Notes under the pieces: generated by a model
The model's database searches: none
What the model saw: only the letters and a program-made list of their open reading frames with translations
Told to the model about the DNA's origin: nothing
Assembly: GCA_963722385.1 (NCBI GenBank)
Contig: CAVRKK010000002.1
Coordinates: forward strand, 832,001-896,000
DNA from: an uncultured bacterium
GTDB taxonomy: Bacteria; Babelota; Babeliae; Babelales; Babelaceae
Length of the DNA: 64,000 nt
Reading direction: 5' to 3'
Translations under genes and position numbers: made by a program
Part shown: positions 1-9,584 of the stretch, in pieces
Layout of the letters: each line of letters starts with the position of its first letter
Position numbering within the stretch: the first letter of the stretch is position 1

Positions 1-1146
1 TGATCTAATCAAGGTTTCATTATGAAACCGCACCTTCCAACTTGCCATCGAAAATGGGATGGTTTTTGACATGGCGCTCGCTTCTTGTCGATCCTGAATT
101 TTAATAAGATTAAGAGCCATAAAGCTGGCATTGAAATGAAAATGAAGACTTTCTTTGTAACGCGCTTGGCAATCACTTAATCCTGCAAACTGCTTGGCAT
201 CCCGAATTGAAAATTCGATTTGAAACCGCGTTGAGTAATACTGATAAATTTTTGATGCTGTATCTGTTGAGAAAAGAATAGCTTGACGGTATTTATTAGC
301 ACTAATTGCTTGACGAACTAATACAATTCGAATGTTTTGCTCAAGCGAGATGCTTTTTACAATTGCTGTATATAACTGAATCTCTTTGCCGTTATCCTCT
401 TCTATGCCTACAAATTCGAGTGCTTGCAGATTATTGATATCAAATTTAGCGGAGTAAAGCCTCTTCCGACCACGTGCATTTTGCTTGCCGTGGTATAAGT
501 AACGTAAATTTGCATCTTTTCGCAATTTGCCGATCACATGCAAATCAAGCAAACGCACACCTTCGATAAATCTTTTTTTTGTAAAAAATGCATCGACCGT
601 TAAGTAAAGCACATCGGAAGATAGGTACTTTCTGTCTTCTGTGATATGAGCTAAATACGCATCAATACGGTTGTCTGAATGTTTGCTGGTATCTTTTTGT
701 TCTTTCTTGTTTACTTTGGGAAACGATGGTGTTTGCCGGGCTGAATTAATATATGCAGTATTCTGCTTGATATCAACTGTTGCCAAAACAGAGACCTCTA
801 GGCCCTTTTCTGATCGTCCAGCTGTTCCACTCCAAAAACTACCGTGACCATATGTTGCCTTGCCTGACTTTGGTACAAACACTGGATCAAATGCAGCAAC
901 ACGTTCCAATGGAGTACTACCTTCTTTTTGCTCCTCAAGAAGTAATTGATTAAAGTAAGCAAAATTAAAATATTTTCGAAAGTTCCGCGAGAAAGTTTTC
1001 TCTGAATAATTGCTATAGCGGCTCATATTGAGAAAGTTAGCTCGCCCATATACGCTAACGATTATTTCCATCAACATGCCGATAAATTCTTTTTGTTGCT
1101 TGCGAATTCCTACCATTTTGTTTAAAATTATTTCTACGAGCTTCAT
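1..1146 (-). CDS. DDE transposase, 3'-partial (absent from the ORF track)
   Basis: Manual translation from ATG 1146: MKLVEIILNKMVGIRKQQKEF...GRANFLNMSRYSNYSEKTFSRNF...AAFDPVFVPKSGKATYGHGSFWSG...LTVDAFF...YSTRFQIEFSIRDAKQFAGLSDCQAR, typical DDE motifs. Confidence 0.85.
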   Translation of the reverse strand, partial: MKLVEIILNKMVGIRKQQKEFIGMLMEIIVSVYGRANFLNMSRYSNYSEKTFSRNFRKYFNFAYFNQLLLEEQKEGSTPLERVAAFDPVFVPKSGKATYGHGSFWSGTAGRSEKGLEVSVLATVDIKQNTAYINSARQTPSFPKVNKKEQKDTSKHSDNRIDAYLAHITEDRKYLSSDVLYLTVDAFFTKKRFIEGVRLLDLHVIGKLRKDANLRYLYHGKQNARGRKRLYSAKFDINNLQALEFVGIEEDNGKEIQLYTAIVKSISLEQNIRIVLVRQAISANKYRQAILFSTDTASKIYQYYSTRFQIEFSIRDAKQFAGLSDCQARYKESLHFHFNASFMALNLIKIQDRQEASAMSKTIPFSMASWKVRFHNETLIRS

Positions 1147-1240
1147 TCCTACATCCTGATTTTTTAGTTTTTTCCGATAAAAAAATCTAACATGTAGTTG
1201 TTTGAAGCTCAACTTATTTTAAAATCTGTCCGAACCATTG
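1..1240 (-). mobile_element. Insertion sequence (IS4/IS701-like DDE superfamily), truncated by the window start
   Basis: Transposase-like ORF runs off the window; putative terminal sequence CAATGGTTCGGACAG (minus strand) at 1226-1240. The other end is outside the window, so the TIR is unconfirmed. Confidence 0.7.
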
Positions 1241-1537
1241 TTTTTTAAAGAAGCTAAGAATAAAATCTCCTACGCGGAGGGCGGATAAGGGAGATCTTCC
1301 CTTATCTATCCCAGAAGCTGCGTTGCAATGGTTAAACGACCTAACGTACGCCCACGTACGCTAGGTCATAGCATTCGCTCACCTAAGCTACTCCATGGCT
1401 TAAGTGAGCGAAAAAGGCAATCAGCAGTGGATTTGGCTCCACACTTAAAAATAGTTGCATCTTAATTAAAAAGATATTAAGTTGATATAATCTATAATTG
1501 CAAATCAGAACATGAGCTCTTGCACAAGGGGATAGTA

Positions 1538-2710
1538 ATGAGAAAAATCATATCTTTTGCTCTAATAACCGCTCTCTTAGCCACACAACTATGGTCAAAG
1601 CCAATCATTGAAAAGCGAGCACATGTACCATTACCTAAAAATACTAACTGGACTTATCAAGCTACCTTAAGCCAAAAAATAGCAAACTCAGGCGAGGGAA
1701 ACTCAGTAGCGCTATCAGGGGATGGAGCAACTTTAGCAGTTATGGGTGATAGTGCCCAGATTTACCACTGGTCAGGATCATCATGGATACATGAAACAAC
1801 TTTAACTCAAAGCGGGTCCGTAGTAGCATTATCCAAGGATGGTAAAACGCTTGCGATTGGCGACCCTGACTTTAACAACAGCGGGGCAATTTTCCTTTAC
1901 TATAAATTTGATTCCGCATGGCGTTATTGGACCATGCTTACCCAGGGGATAGAAAATGCCTACGAGGGTTATTCAATTGCTTTATCAGATAGTGGAGATG
2001 TACTTTTAGCTGGGTTACCTGGTTCTAATAATGGCGCCGGTTCACTCGCAGTTTACCAAATAGCTAATCAAACGTGGTTCCATTTTGCTACTTTTAGCCA
2101 AGGAGTCCCAAACGCACAGGAAGGATTAGCTGTTGCATTATCATCCAATTTTCAAACAATTGCCGCAGGATCTCCAAGTTTTAATATGAGTGCGGGAGCA
2201 ACACAAATTTATACCAAGTACTATTTTACCTGGAGATATAATACTACCTTAACACAAGCCATCCCTAACGCTAAAGAAGGCAGGGCACTTTCACTTTCTG
2301 CAGATGGAAACCTCCTTGCTGTTGGTTCACCTCACTGTTGGTCAAATAGTGTAGCGTATACAGGAATAACATATATATATCAAAATCAAGCAGGCAACTG
2401 GCGCTATCAAGCAGGCCTATCGCTCCAAGAACCCTATTCCTATGAAGGAACGGCTGTAGCGCTATCGGCAGATGGTACAACATTAATGGCAGGTGCTCCC
2501 CAATTAGGCACTCCTTTTGAACCATGGACAATCGGAGGTACGCAAGTATATGTTAGGTCAAGCGATGCGTGGTGGCACTTAACAACGTTAACTCAAAAAA
2601 AAGGTGGCGATGAAGGATTTTCAGTAGCACTTTCTAATACTACCTTTGCTGCTGGAGCTCCTACATTATGGGAAAATACGGGAGCAACACAAATCTATAC
2701 CGCATCATAG
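1538..2710 (+). CDS. Secreted beta-propeller protein with FG-GAP-like repeats
   Basis: Signal peptide MRKIISFALITALLA; about 7 repeats of EGxxVALSxDGxxLAxGxP...GATQIY. Confidence 0.8.
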   Translation: MRKIISFALITALLATQLWSKPIIEKRAHVPLPKNTNWTYQATLSQKIANSGEGNSVALSGDGATLAVMGDSAQIYHWSGSSWIHETTLTQSGSVVALSKDGKTLAIGDPDFNNSGAIFLYYKFDSAWRYWTMLTQGIENAYEGYSIALSDSGDVLLAGLPGSNNGAGSLAVYQIANQTWFHFATFSQGVPNAQEGLAVALSSNFQTIAAGSPSFNMSAGATQIYTKYYFTWRYNTTLTQAIPNAKEGRALSLSADGNLLAVGSPHCWSNSVAYTGITYIYQNQAGNWRYQAGLSLQEPYSYEGTAVALSADGTTLMAGAPQLGTPFEPWTIGGTQVYVRSSDAWWHLTTLTQKKGGDEGFSVALSNTTFAAGAPTLWENTGATQIYTAS

Positions 2711-2763
2711 CGAAGATTCATATTTTATACGCCTATCACAAATTCAACTCAAAGGAGTGTACG

Positions 2764-4023
2764 ATGAAAATTGCTGTTTTCCTAAGCGTACTATTGAGCG
2801 GGAGTAGCTTAATAAATGCCGGTTGCTCTATGAATGAAGTATCATATGCTTTACCAGCTGATTCTACTAATCCTAACTCCGTCGCCTTTTCGCCAAATGG
2901 TCTTTATTGTGCTACCGCTAATACAGGGTCAAATAATGTAACAATATATCAAGTAGGAGAAGGGGGCAACCTATCGGGAGGGACATCGTATGCATTACCA
3001 TCAGGATCTACTAATCCTTATTCGGTAGCTTTTTCTCCTAATGGCTCATATCTTGCTGTCGCTAGGAACCCTAGTAGTAACAATGCAGCTGATATAGTAA
3101 TATTTCAAGTAGCTAGTGATGGGGTTCTCAGCAACGGTACATCATATCAACTACCTTCAGGAGCTTATGGCGCTCAATCACTTGCATTTTCTCCTAATGG
3201 GTTATACCTAGCTGTTGCTAATAATACGTCAGGGACCATAACCATATTCCAAGTAGAAACAGGAGGAGTTCTCAATAACGGTCAATCATATCCACTAGAC
3301 GTTGCTGGTAACGGTCCCTGGTCAGTAGCATTTTCACCTAATGGCTTATATCTTGCCACGGCTTACGGAACTTCTACCGTGACTGCCTGGAACGGTGTAG
3401 TAATGTTTCAAGTAAGTTCAACAGGTGAATTAAGTGGGCGAACTTCTTATACCTTACCTTCTAATTCACTATTTCCTCAATCAATAGTATTTTCACCTAA
3501 TGGATTATACCTCGCTACCGCTAACTTTTATTCGAATGATGTAACAGTATTTCAAGTACAGCCCAATGGAGTCCTATCAAAGGGAATCTCTTACTCTTTA
3601 CCAAGTTATAATGATCAAAATCCCGCATCAGTAGCGTTTTCACTTAATGGCGCATATCTTGCTACCGTTAATGAATTTTCGAATGGTATAACGCTATTTC
3701 ATGTAGGGCTAGGAGGCATATTATCAGGAGGGGCTTCTTATGCGTTACCAAGCGGATCTAGCCAGCCTGGATCAGTAGCATTTTCACCAGATGGCTCCTA
3801 TCTAGTTACTGCTAACTTTAACTCAAATAATGTCACTGTATTTAATACAACATTAGAATGCGCCCCAAGCGGTGGCTTTAGCTGCGATACTCCTTGCATT
3901 ATAGGAGTTAGTGTTGGTGGTGGAGCTGTAGTAACTCTCTGCGCTGGACTAATTGGTGGATTTTTACTAAAAAGATATATATCAAATCGTGCTCCGGATG
4001 AACATGTTAAGTTGCTTAACTAA
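2764..4023 (+). CDS. Membrane-anchored beta-propeller (lactonase/WD40-like) protein
   Basis: AAGGAG before ATG 2764; signal peptide; 7 repeats of SYxLPxxSxxPxSVAFSPNGxYLATAN; C-terminal TM helix and basic tail. Confidence 0.8.
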   Translation: MKIAVFLSVLLSGSSLINAGCSMNEVSYALPADSTNPNSVAFSPNGLYCATANTGSNNVTIYQVGEGGNLSGGTSYALPSGSTNPYSVAFSPNGSYLAVARNPSSNNAADIVIFQVASDGVLSNGTSYQLPSGAYGAQSLAFSPNGLYLAVANNTSGTITIFQVETGGVLNNGQSYPLDVAGNGPWSVAFSPNGLYLATAYGTSTVTAWNGVVMFQVSSTGELSGRTSYTLPSNSLFPQSIVFSPNGLYLATANFYSNDVTVFQVQPNGVLSKGISYSLPSYNDQNPASVAFSLNGAYLATVNEFSNGITLFHVGLGGILSGGASYALPSGSSQPGSVAFSPDGSYLVTANFNSNNVTVFNTTLECAPSGGFSCDTPCIIGVSVGGGAVVTLCAGLIGGFLLKRYISNRAPDEHVKLLN

Positions 4024-4218
4024 ATAGGTAAATTCTAGATTGATAATAATAAGTAATACTTCAATAAAGACTTAAATTGCTTTTAAAGAAGCACATACCG
4101 AAATCGCTAAAAGCTACGGCGCTTCCATAAGCTTAAGCTTGTAAAGATAGCATTATCTTCTCTAGCCATATCCCAGCTTGGCGATATCAGCTTTCGTACT
4201 TATGCGGTTACTTAGCAG

Positions 4219-4623
4219 CTAAATCCCAAAGCTAAGGCGAGCGGGACTAAAAAGAACAGACTCTATAAGCTGGGCATGCTCTCGTCGCAATTCTTCCCCT
4301 GTGATCTGGGTTGTGCCTTGTAGTTTTTCTCGACGTACCCAACGTATAATATTATCTACCAACCAAGGCCCAGAATCCCTATCACCTGCTGAATGAGATG
4401 AAGTATTTTCTCTAAATCGGAGATACTTCATTAGTATAAAGAGCTCTTTGAAGCATTTTTTGAGTGATTCTGGCTCATAGAGCTGTGAGATGATCCATTC
4501 AATATTATAAAGCTTAGGATCTTTCTCACTTTGCTGTATAATCAATCCTATCCAATAACCACTCGGTAACGCTGCACTAGTCAAATTAATAGGAATTGTT
4601 GGAATGGAAATGGTAGGTTGCAA
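4219..4623 (-). CDS. Hypothetical protein, possibly a remnant
   Basis: 134-aa ORF with no recognised motif; its 5' end overlaps the toxin-tip remnant on the other strand. Confidence 0.3.
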   Translation of the reverse strand: MQPTISIPTIPINLTSAALPSGYWIGLIIQQSEKDPKLYNIEWIISQLYEPESLKKCFKELFILMKYLRFRENTSSHSAGDRDSGPWLVDNIIRWVRREKLQGTTQITGEELRREHAQLIESVLFSPARLSFGI

Positions 4624-4782
4624 AGTCCATTAAGACTTGATTCAGATCCCTCGAGAGGCCCTCATATTAACGTAGTTGATTTTCGACTTGGTAAAAAAGA
4701 AAGAGGCGTTGTAAACATAGTTATCCGATCTGAGCGCGACTTAAACACTGCTCTCAATTTATTAACGCATCTTAATAAATAA
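4595..4782 (+). pseudogene. Orphan toxin C-terminal tip, decayed copy
   Basis: IVGMEMVGCKVH/LRLDSDPSRGPHINVVDFRLGKKERGVVNIVIRSERDLNTALNLLTHLNK*; homologous to 38272-38460 and 1 nt shorter (frameshift near 4630). Confidence 0.8.
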
Positions 4783-4812
4783 TTAAAAAAATAGTTATAT
4801 AAGGAGCTGACG

Positions 4813-5467
4813 ATGTCCACTTTGTTTGAAGATTATATGAATGAAATTGATCCGAGACGAAGAACGATACTTTCACGATCAAGCGCAAATGAAATCGATG
4901 AAGTTTTAACCAAAATGTTCCCTTTTGTTTTATGGGGAAGGGTAAATTGGGAAAAAGTGAATGAGAAAACATTGATTGATCTTGAAAAACCCCTTCTAGA
5001 ACAAATTTATCAATTTCTAGATCAGCACGGTCTCAACATTGCGGAAGCAGATAATTGCGTATATAATTTGGGATGACGGTTCTTTACCAGCTGTAAAAAC
5101 AGAAGCGAAAGATGCTATTACCTTTCTGCAAAATACCCTTGATTATCAGGGAGATAGTGTTTGGATATTTTCACCTAGCAAAAGATACGTCATAGAGTTA
5201 GTTTTTTCATGAGGAGAAATCATAGCAGGAATCGCGCCAGATTTAAATATTAAGCTAGAAGCGGCTTATAAGAATTTTTTACAGACCAAAATAAAAAAAG
5301 AAGAATTCCCTCTTGAGTATAGAAATATTATTAGCGACATTATAAGCGTCGGGGAAGATATAGCAAAGCTAGCAGCACGTATTCTTGCTCATGAAGAAAT
5401 AGAAGACGCTGATAAGCTTGTTATACAAAAGAAATATTTGACTAAATCCGCTTAGCGTGTTCCTCTA
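4813..5467 (+). pseudogene. CdiI-like immunity gene, decayed and cut by IS5
   Basis: Near-identical 5' part to 37471-38244; 2-nt deletion in an ATAT run near 5062, indels near 5200, TGG to TAG at 5453-5455, ends at the IS left end. Confidence 0.85.
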
Positions 5468-6322
5468 GGCTCTGTTGACTTTAGCTAAAATAAGATTTTT
5501 AGGGTATGATAGCACCGAAAAAAAAGGATGCAAAATCTTTTATTAATCGGTACTATCATGAAAGTAGAGTATATCAGCAAAATGGCGTGGAGCAAAATTT
5601 TAACTTTTTTAAAAAATATTAAGAGTATACGTATAGGTAAAGAAGAAAACTGCAAAATGTTTCTAGAATCGATATATTGGCTTGCAAAAACAGGAGCGCA
5701 ATGGAGGGAGATTCCAGAACAATATGGCAAATGGAATAGCATATTCAAAAGGTTTAATTCCTGGTCAAGGAAGCAGGTATGGCAAGGCTTGCTTGATTTT
5801 TGCGTCCAAGATCCTGATTTGGAATATATTATGATTGACTCAACAATAATACGAGCACACGCTTGCGCGGCTGGTTATGGAAACCAAGAAGCCGAAGGCC
5901 TCGGTCGTAGTAAAGGTGGATTCACCAGTAAAATTCATGCAAAAGTTGATGCTTTAGGCAACCCATTGCAGTTTGTTATTACCGCTGGCCAGCGCAATGA
6001 CATCACGCAGGCTGATATATTATTAAAAGATATAGCCGATTGTTACATAATAGCTGATAGAGGTTACCATTCAAATGCCCTTCGAGATAATCTTATTCAA
6101 AGGAATTGTCAACCTGTTATACCGCCTAAAATTAATAGCAGAACTCATTATGAATATGATAAGCACATCTATAAAGAACGTCATGTCATTGAATGTTTCT
6201 TTTCAAAGATAAAATATTTCAGGCGTATCTTCTCTCGCTTTGATAAATCGGCGCGAAATTTCCTCGCCTTTTTATCTTTTGTTGGGGTTTTTATATGGTT
6301 AAGATAATAAGTCAACAGAGCC
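5468..6322 (+). mobile_element. IS5 family element (IS427-like), 855 bp
   Basis: Perfect 14-bp TIR GGCTCTGTTGACTT (5468-5481) / AAGTCAACAGAGCC (6309-6322), flanked by TA on both sides. Confidence 0.93.
5528..6307 (+). CDS. IS5 family transposase
   Basis: TGAQWREIPEQYGKWNSIFKRF, IDSTIIRAH, GRSKGGFTSKIH, ADRGY, YKERHVIECFF. Confidence 0.95.
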   Translation: MQNLLLIGTIMKVEYISKMAWSKILTFLKNIKSIRIGKEENCKMFLESIYWLAKTGAQWREIPEQYGKWNSIFKRFNSWSRKQVWQGLLDFCVQDPDLEYIMIDSTIIRAHACAAGYGNQEAEGLGRSKGGFTSKIHAKVDALGNPLQFVITAGQRNDITQADILLKDIADCYIIADRGYHSNALRDNLIQRNCQPVIPPKINSRTHYEYDKHIYKERHVIECFFSKIKYFRRIFSRFDKSARNFLAFLSFVGVFIWLR

Positions 6323-6651
6323 TAGGCAAAAAGCCTTTGCAAGACATCCAGAATTTCCTCTGCTTGGGATTGGGTAATGCTACCAAGCCTTTTAACCAAG
6401 CGAGCTTTATCGACGGTTCTTATTTGATCTAAAACAATTTGCCCTGCTTTATTCATAAATTCACAATAGATTCTGGTTGGGTAATCTCTGCCTTTGGTAG
6501 TCATTGGAGCAATAATAACAGTGCGTATAGAATCATTAAGCTCATCTGGAGATATGATAAGGCATGGTCTTGTTTTATTTATTTCGCATCCTTGCGTTGG
6601 ATCTAAGGATACTAAGAAAACGTCAAATTGGCGAATAATTACCATTCCCAC
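6322..6651 (-). CDS. mazF: MazF/PemK family toxin
   Basis: LVSLDPTQGCEINKTRPCLIISPD, IIAPMTT, LDQIRTVDKARL. Confidence 0.92.
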   Translation of the reverse strand: MGMVIIRQFDVFLVSLDPTQGCEINKTRPCLIISPDELNDSIRTVIIAPMTTKGRDYPTRIYCEFMNKAGQIVLDQIRTVDKARLVKRLGSITQSQAEEILDVLQRLFA

Positions 6652-6890
6652 TCATCCTTATCAAAGGCTGACTCAATGTAATCCGCATCAACTAACTTAT
6701 CATCACCATGTTGAGCCATTTTCTTGAATGCTTCCTTCCAGCCATGGCGAGGATCGGGTACAGCTGATAGTATTAATTTGCAGTCTTCAACAGTGGCAAT
6801 AACTTTACCTTTAAAGCCACATTGCTTGAGTAATGCTTTTGGTATCCTTATGCCTTGAGAATTGCCTATAGTAATCAGTATCAGTTTCAT
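6639..6890 (-). CDS. mazE: MazE/AbrB family antitoxin
   Basis: IGNSQGIRIPKALL motif; overlaps the toxin start. Confidence 0.9.
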   Translation of the reverse strand: MKLILITIGNSQGIRIPKALLKQCGFKGKVIATVEDCKLILSAVPDPRHGWKEAFKKMAQHGDDKLVDADYIESAFDKDEWEW

Positions 6891-6904
6891 GATTAACCTT
6901 TCAC

Positions 6905-6916
6905 TTGTAATTACAA
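6905..6916. promoter_or_regulatory. Palindromic operator of the mazEF operon
   Basis: Perfect palindrome TTGTAATTACAA 15 nt upstream of the antitoxin start. Confidence 0.55.
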
Positions 6917-6966
6917 AGTAATTATATCATGGTCTAGAGGGAAGAGTCAAGCGTGAGCGTGTTTCA

Positions 6967-7494
6967 GTGAGTTTTGAATATGGCCTTACGATAGCAAGCC
7001 CTTTTCGCTTCATTATTTTGGCGTCACAAGACTTTAACGATGTTAAATTTGATGAGTTTGCCTTATATCACGAGATTGGGCACCTGTATTATCATCATGT
7101 GTTCAAAAGAACGATAAATTCTCGTTCGAATTTCCTTGCTGCTCCTCTTGCCCTGGTTGGAAGTTTAATCGGATTAATATCAATTCCTGTAGCATTTGGA
7201 GCCCTAATGATTGCCGCCGTTAATATTGTTATAACAACGGCTTATGAACGTTCGCAAGAGCGAGAAGCAGATCTTTTTGCTTGTGATCAACTTATTAAGC
7301 AAGGGCGAGCAGATCTGGTTTATAAAGAAGTTGAATACCCTCGCGGAAGCCCTGAACATCATGAAAAGACCTATCAAGTATGGCCCTATCTCAGCGAAAC
7401 CCATCCAAGTTTTCCTGAAAAGCGGCTCTATTTGAAAGAATGCTTAAAAAAGCATGGTTTTTCAATGACAGATACTCAAGCTGTAAAGGCTTGA
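6967..7494 (+). CDS. M48-like zinc metallopeptidase, probably 5'-truncated
   Basis: HEIGH, hydrophobic segment, EREAD, ETHPS; GTG start with no clear RBS. Confidence 0.7.
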   Translation: MSFEYGLTIASPFRFIILASQDFNDVKFDEFALYHEIGHLYYHHVFKRTINSRSNFLAAPLALVGSLIGLISIPVAFGALMIAAVNIVITTAYERSQEREADLFACDQLIKQGRADLVYKEVEYPRGSPEHHEKTYQVWPYLSETHPSFPEKRLYLKECLKKHGFSMTDTQAVKA

Positions 7495-7863
7495 GCGAAC
7501 CTCCATTACCTTTATGTTGTAAGCACTTGGTTTTTTAACGTAGACAAGAAAGAAAAGGCCATATCTCTTATGTTGAGCTTTTTTTACTATATCATAGGCT
7601 GCTAAAATTTTTTTACGTTGGACTTGTTGGTCCTTGCTGGAATCGAGGAAATCAAAATCAAAATCAACAGAAAGCGCGGTAACTCATAGAAGAGAAGAGC
7701 AGCAGCACCTCCCTTAAATCAAAGCATGATGCCTAAACGATGCTTCAGGAAAAAGCGAAATTAGTCTTAAACAAAGTCCTCACAAGCTACAAGTTATTAC
7801 GAAAACCTTTGGTGAATTTTGCAATGATAAAATGTTGTTAATGACCTTTCTATTGACTTTTTT

Positions 7864-7877
7864 TCCAATATATTGGA
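7864..7877. promoter_or_regulatory. Palindrome before a decayed RelE-like gene
   Basis: TCCAATATATTGGA just downstream of TTGACT. Confidence 0.4.
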
Positions 7878-7904
7878 GAGTAGCATTTAGAAAAGTTTAC
7901 AAAC

Positions 7905-8083
7905 TTTATTAAACTCCTGAGTATGATGCTTGGCTTGAACAACAGACATTTAAGTCGCAAGGGCAGGTTGCTGGCGCCTTTCTAAAATAGAATTGAGGGA
8001 TATTTTGGCAATCACAAGCTGCTTGAAGATAATGTTTGGGAGCTAAACTAGGAAAATGGCACAAGAGTTATTATGCCTATATT
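7905..8083 (+). pseudogene. Degenerate RelE/HigB-like (addiction module killer) toxin fragment
   Basis: Across frames: TPEYDAWLEQQT..SQGQV..LSKIEL.GYFGNHKLLEDNVWEL..ENGTRV.YAYI, with multiple indels and stops. Confidence 0.55.
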
Positions 8084-8108
8084 ATTTCTTTAGATATTTT
8101 AATTTTAC

Positions 8109-8478
8109 TTGGGGAAAATAAAAGTATATAGACCAGGAACAAGGGATGAACAATTTGATATCTTTAACGTTGTTTTTTCTGGAGTTTCGTCGTTTTACTT
8201 CATAGAAGATATCGGAAAACGGAGATCTGATATATACGACACGGACCCAGGAGGCACAACAGAGTTGACTACTATAAGTTACTATAAAGATGGTATGAAA
8301 AATTAACGTTGTTGCCCTTAAGGGAGGTGAAGATGCAAGATGGGCAAACCAATGGTATTCATCGGCAAATTTCGGCCTAGAACTTGATCCATCAGCATTA
8401 TTCATTGAAGCCAGAAGTATAACCATAAATGATAAAACCTATGAGGTAGGCTATCCCCAAGATGAAGGAGGTTTATAA
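8109..8478 (+). pseudogene. YxiG-like putative immunity protein, frameshifted and 5'-truncated
   Basis: Joined frames: VVFSGVSSFYFIED...ELTTISYYKDGMK/INVVALKGGEDARWANQWYSSANFGLELDPSALFIEARSITINDKTYEVGYP; break in an A5 run near 8300. Family from recalled similarity. Confidence 0.55.
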
Positions 8479-8656
8479 CGTCCAATAAAACCTGGTTGAG
8501 ATTATCACATGCTTCATTTTGTTGGCATCTGGCAAAAAAATTTGTTATTATCAGAAATAATATCGCTAGATTATTTAAAAAATTGTCAAATATCAATAAA
8601 CATGCTAGTTTGATGGATATATTTATCTTTTATTATATAAAACTGAAAGGATTGTT

Positions 8657-9460
8657 ATGGACATGAGAAAAATTCTCGGAATCATAGGTCTATCTGTAGT
8701 ACTTACTCTGGGTAGCTGGCAAGCGACTGGGATGGAAGCTCCTGGTCATGAATCAAGCAGCGATGAGGAAACAAGTGCAAAAGAATACTCGCCCGAGGAA
8801 GCAGAACAGGGCAGAAAGCTTATCCAAGCGGTTAAAGATGAAGATATGGATCTCATTTATGCCTTAATTGACGCAACACCAGCTATCATTAACTACCAAG
8901 ACCCAGAAACGGGCAACACACCACTTTTAGAAGCAGTGGAAGACTCTAACCGTCCAATAATCAAGCTTCTCCTTCAAAAAGGTGCTGACCCTTTGATTAA
9001 AAACGCTCAAGGATTTCCGCCAATTTTCATCATTCTTCAGAAGTGGAGTGAACGTGAAGAGCTTTTAAGGCTGTTGATTTCTTACAATATAAAAGCTCGT
9101 GATGCACGTGGCCCTAATGGGCAAACAGCGTTGCAATATGCTGTTGAACATGATTTACCCGAAACAGATGTCCTCTTGGGTTTATGGGCTAATATTAATG
9201 CACAAGATGACAGGGGCTGGACGGCTTTGCATTATGCTGTTGATTCAAGCAATAGCACAATGGTAGATTTTTTGCTTGAAAAAAGAGCAAATCCTAATAT
9301 TAGAAGCTTCGATAGCGATGGTAATCGTACAGCTGATATGGTTATTAACTATGCTAGAGCAGGGAGAAGGGCGCCTGATATAGTTGATGCTGTGCAAAGG
9401 GCTCAATTAAGCTATGGAAAAGGATGGTTTAGCGGTCTTAGAAGCCTCATCGGTTTGTAA
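8657..9460 (+). CDS. Secreted ankyrin repeat protein, paralog A
   Basis: Signal peptide ending ATG-ME (amino acids); GNTPLLEAV, GQTALQYAV, GWTALHYAV repeats. Confidence 0.92.
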   Translation: MDMRKILGIIGLSVVLTLGSWQATGMEAPGHESSSDEETSAKEYSPEEAEQGRKLIQAVKDEDMDLIYALIDATPAIINYQDPETGNTPLLEAVEDSNRPIIKLLLQKGADPLIKNAQGFPPIFIILQKWSEREELLRLLISYNIKARDARGPNGQTALQYAVEHDLPETDVLLGLWANINAQDDRGWTALHYAVDSSNSTMVDFLLEKRANPNIRSFDSDGNRTADMVINYARAGRRAPDIVDAVQRAQLSYGKGWFSGLRSLIGL

Positions 9461-9485
9461 TTTACTACAAGTCTTAGTTTTTTTG

Positions 9486-9513
9486 AAGCCAGCACAAGGT
9501 GCTGGCTTTTTTA
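9486..9513 (+). terminator. Intrinsic terminator
   Basis: AAGCCAGCAC-AAG-GTGCTGGCTT followed by a T-run; also present in copy B near 36404-36432. Confidence 0.75.
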
Positions 9514-9584
9514 TTTATATTGCAATTCATGATACATATTAATTATAATTACTTTTAAATAGCAAATTAAAACAGGAGTAAGTA

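Noticed and set aside
1270..1440. Two intergenic hairpins (about 1283-1311 and 1338-1367) as an ncRNA
   Set aside because: No family match or second copy seen; insufficient support.
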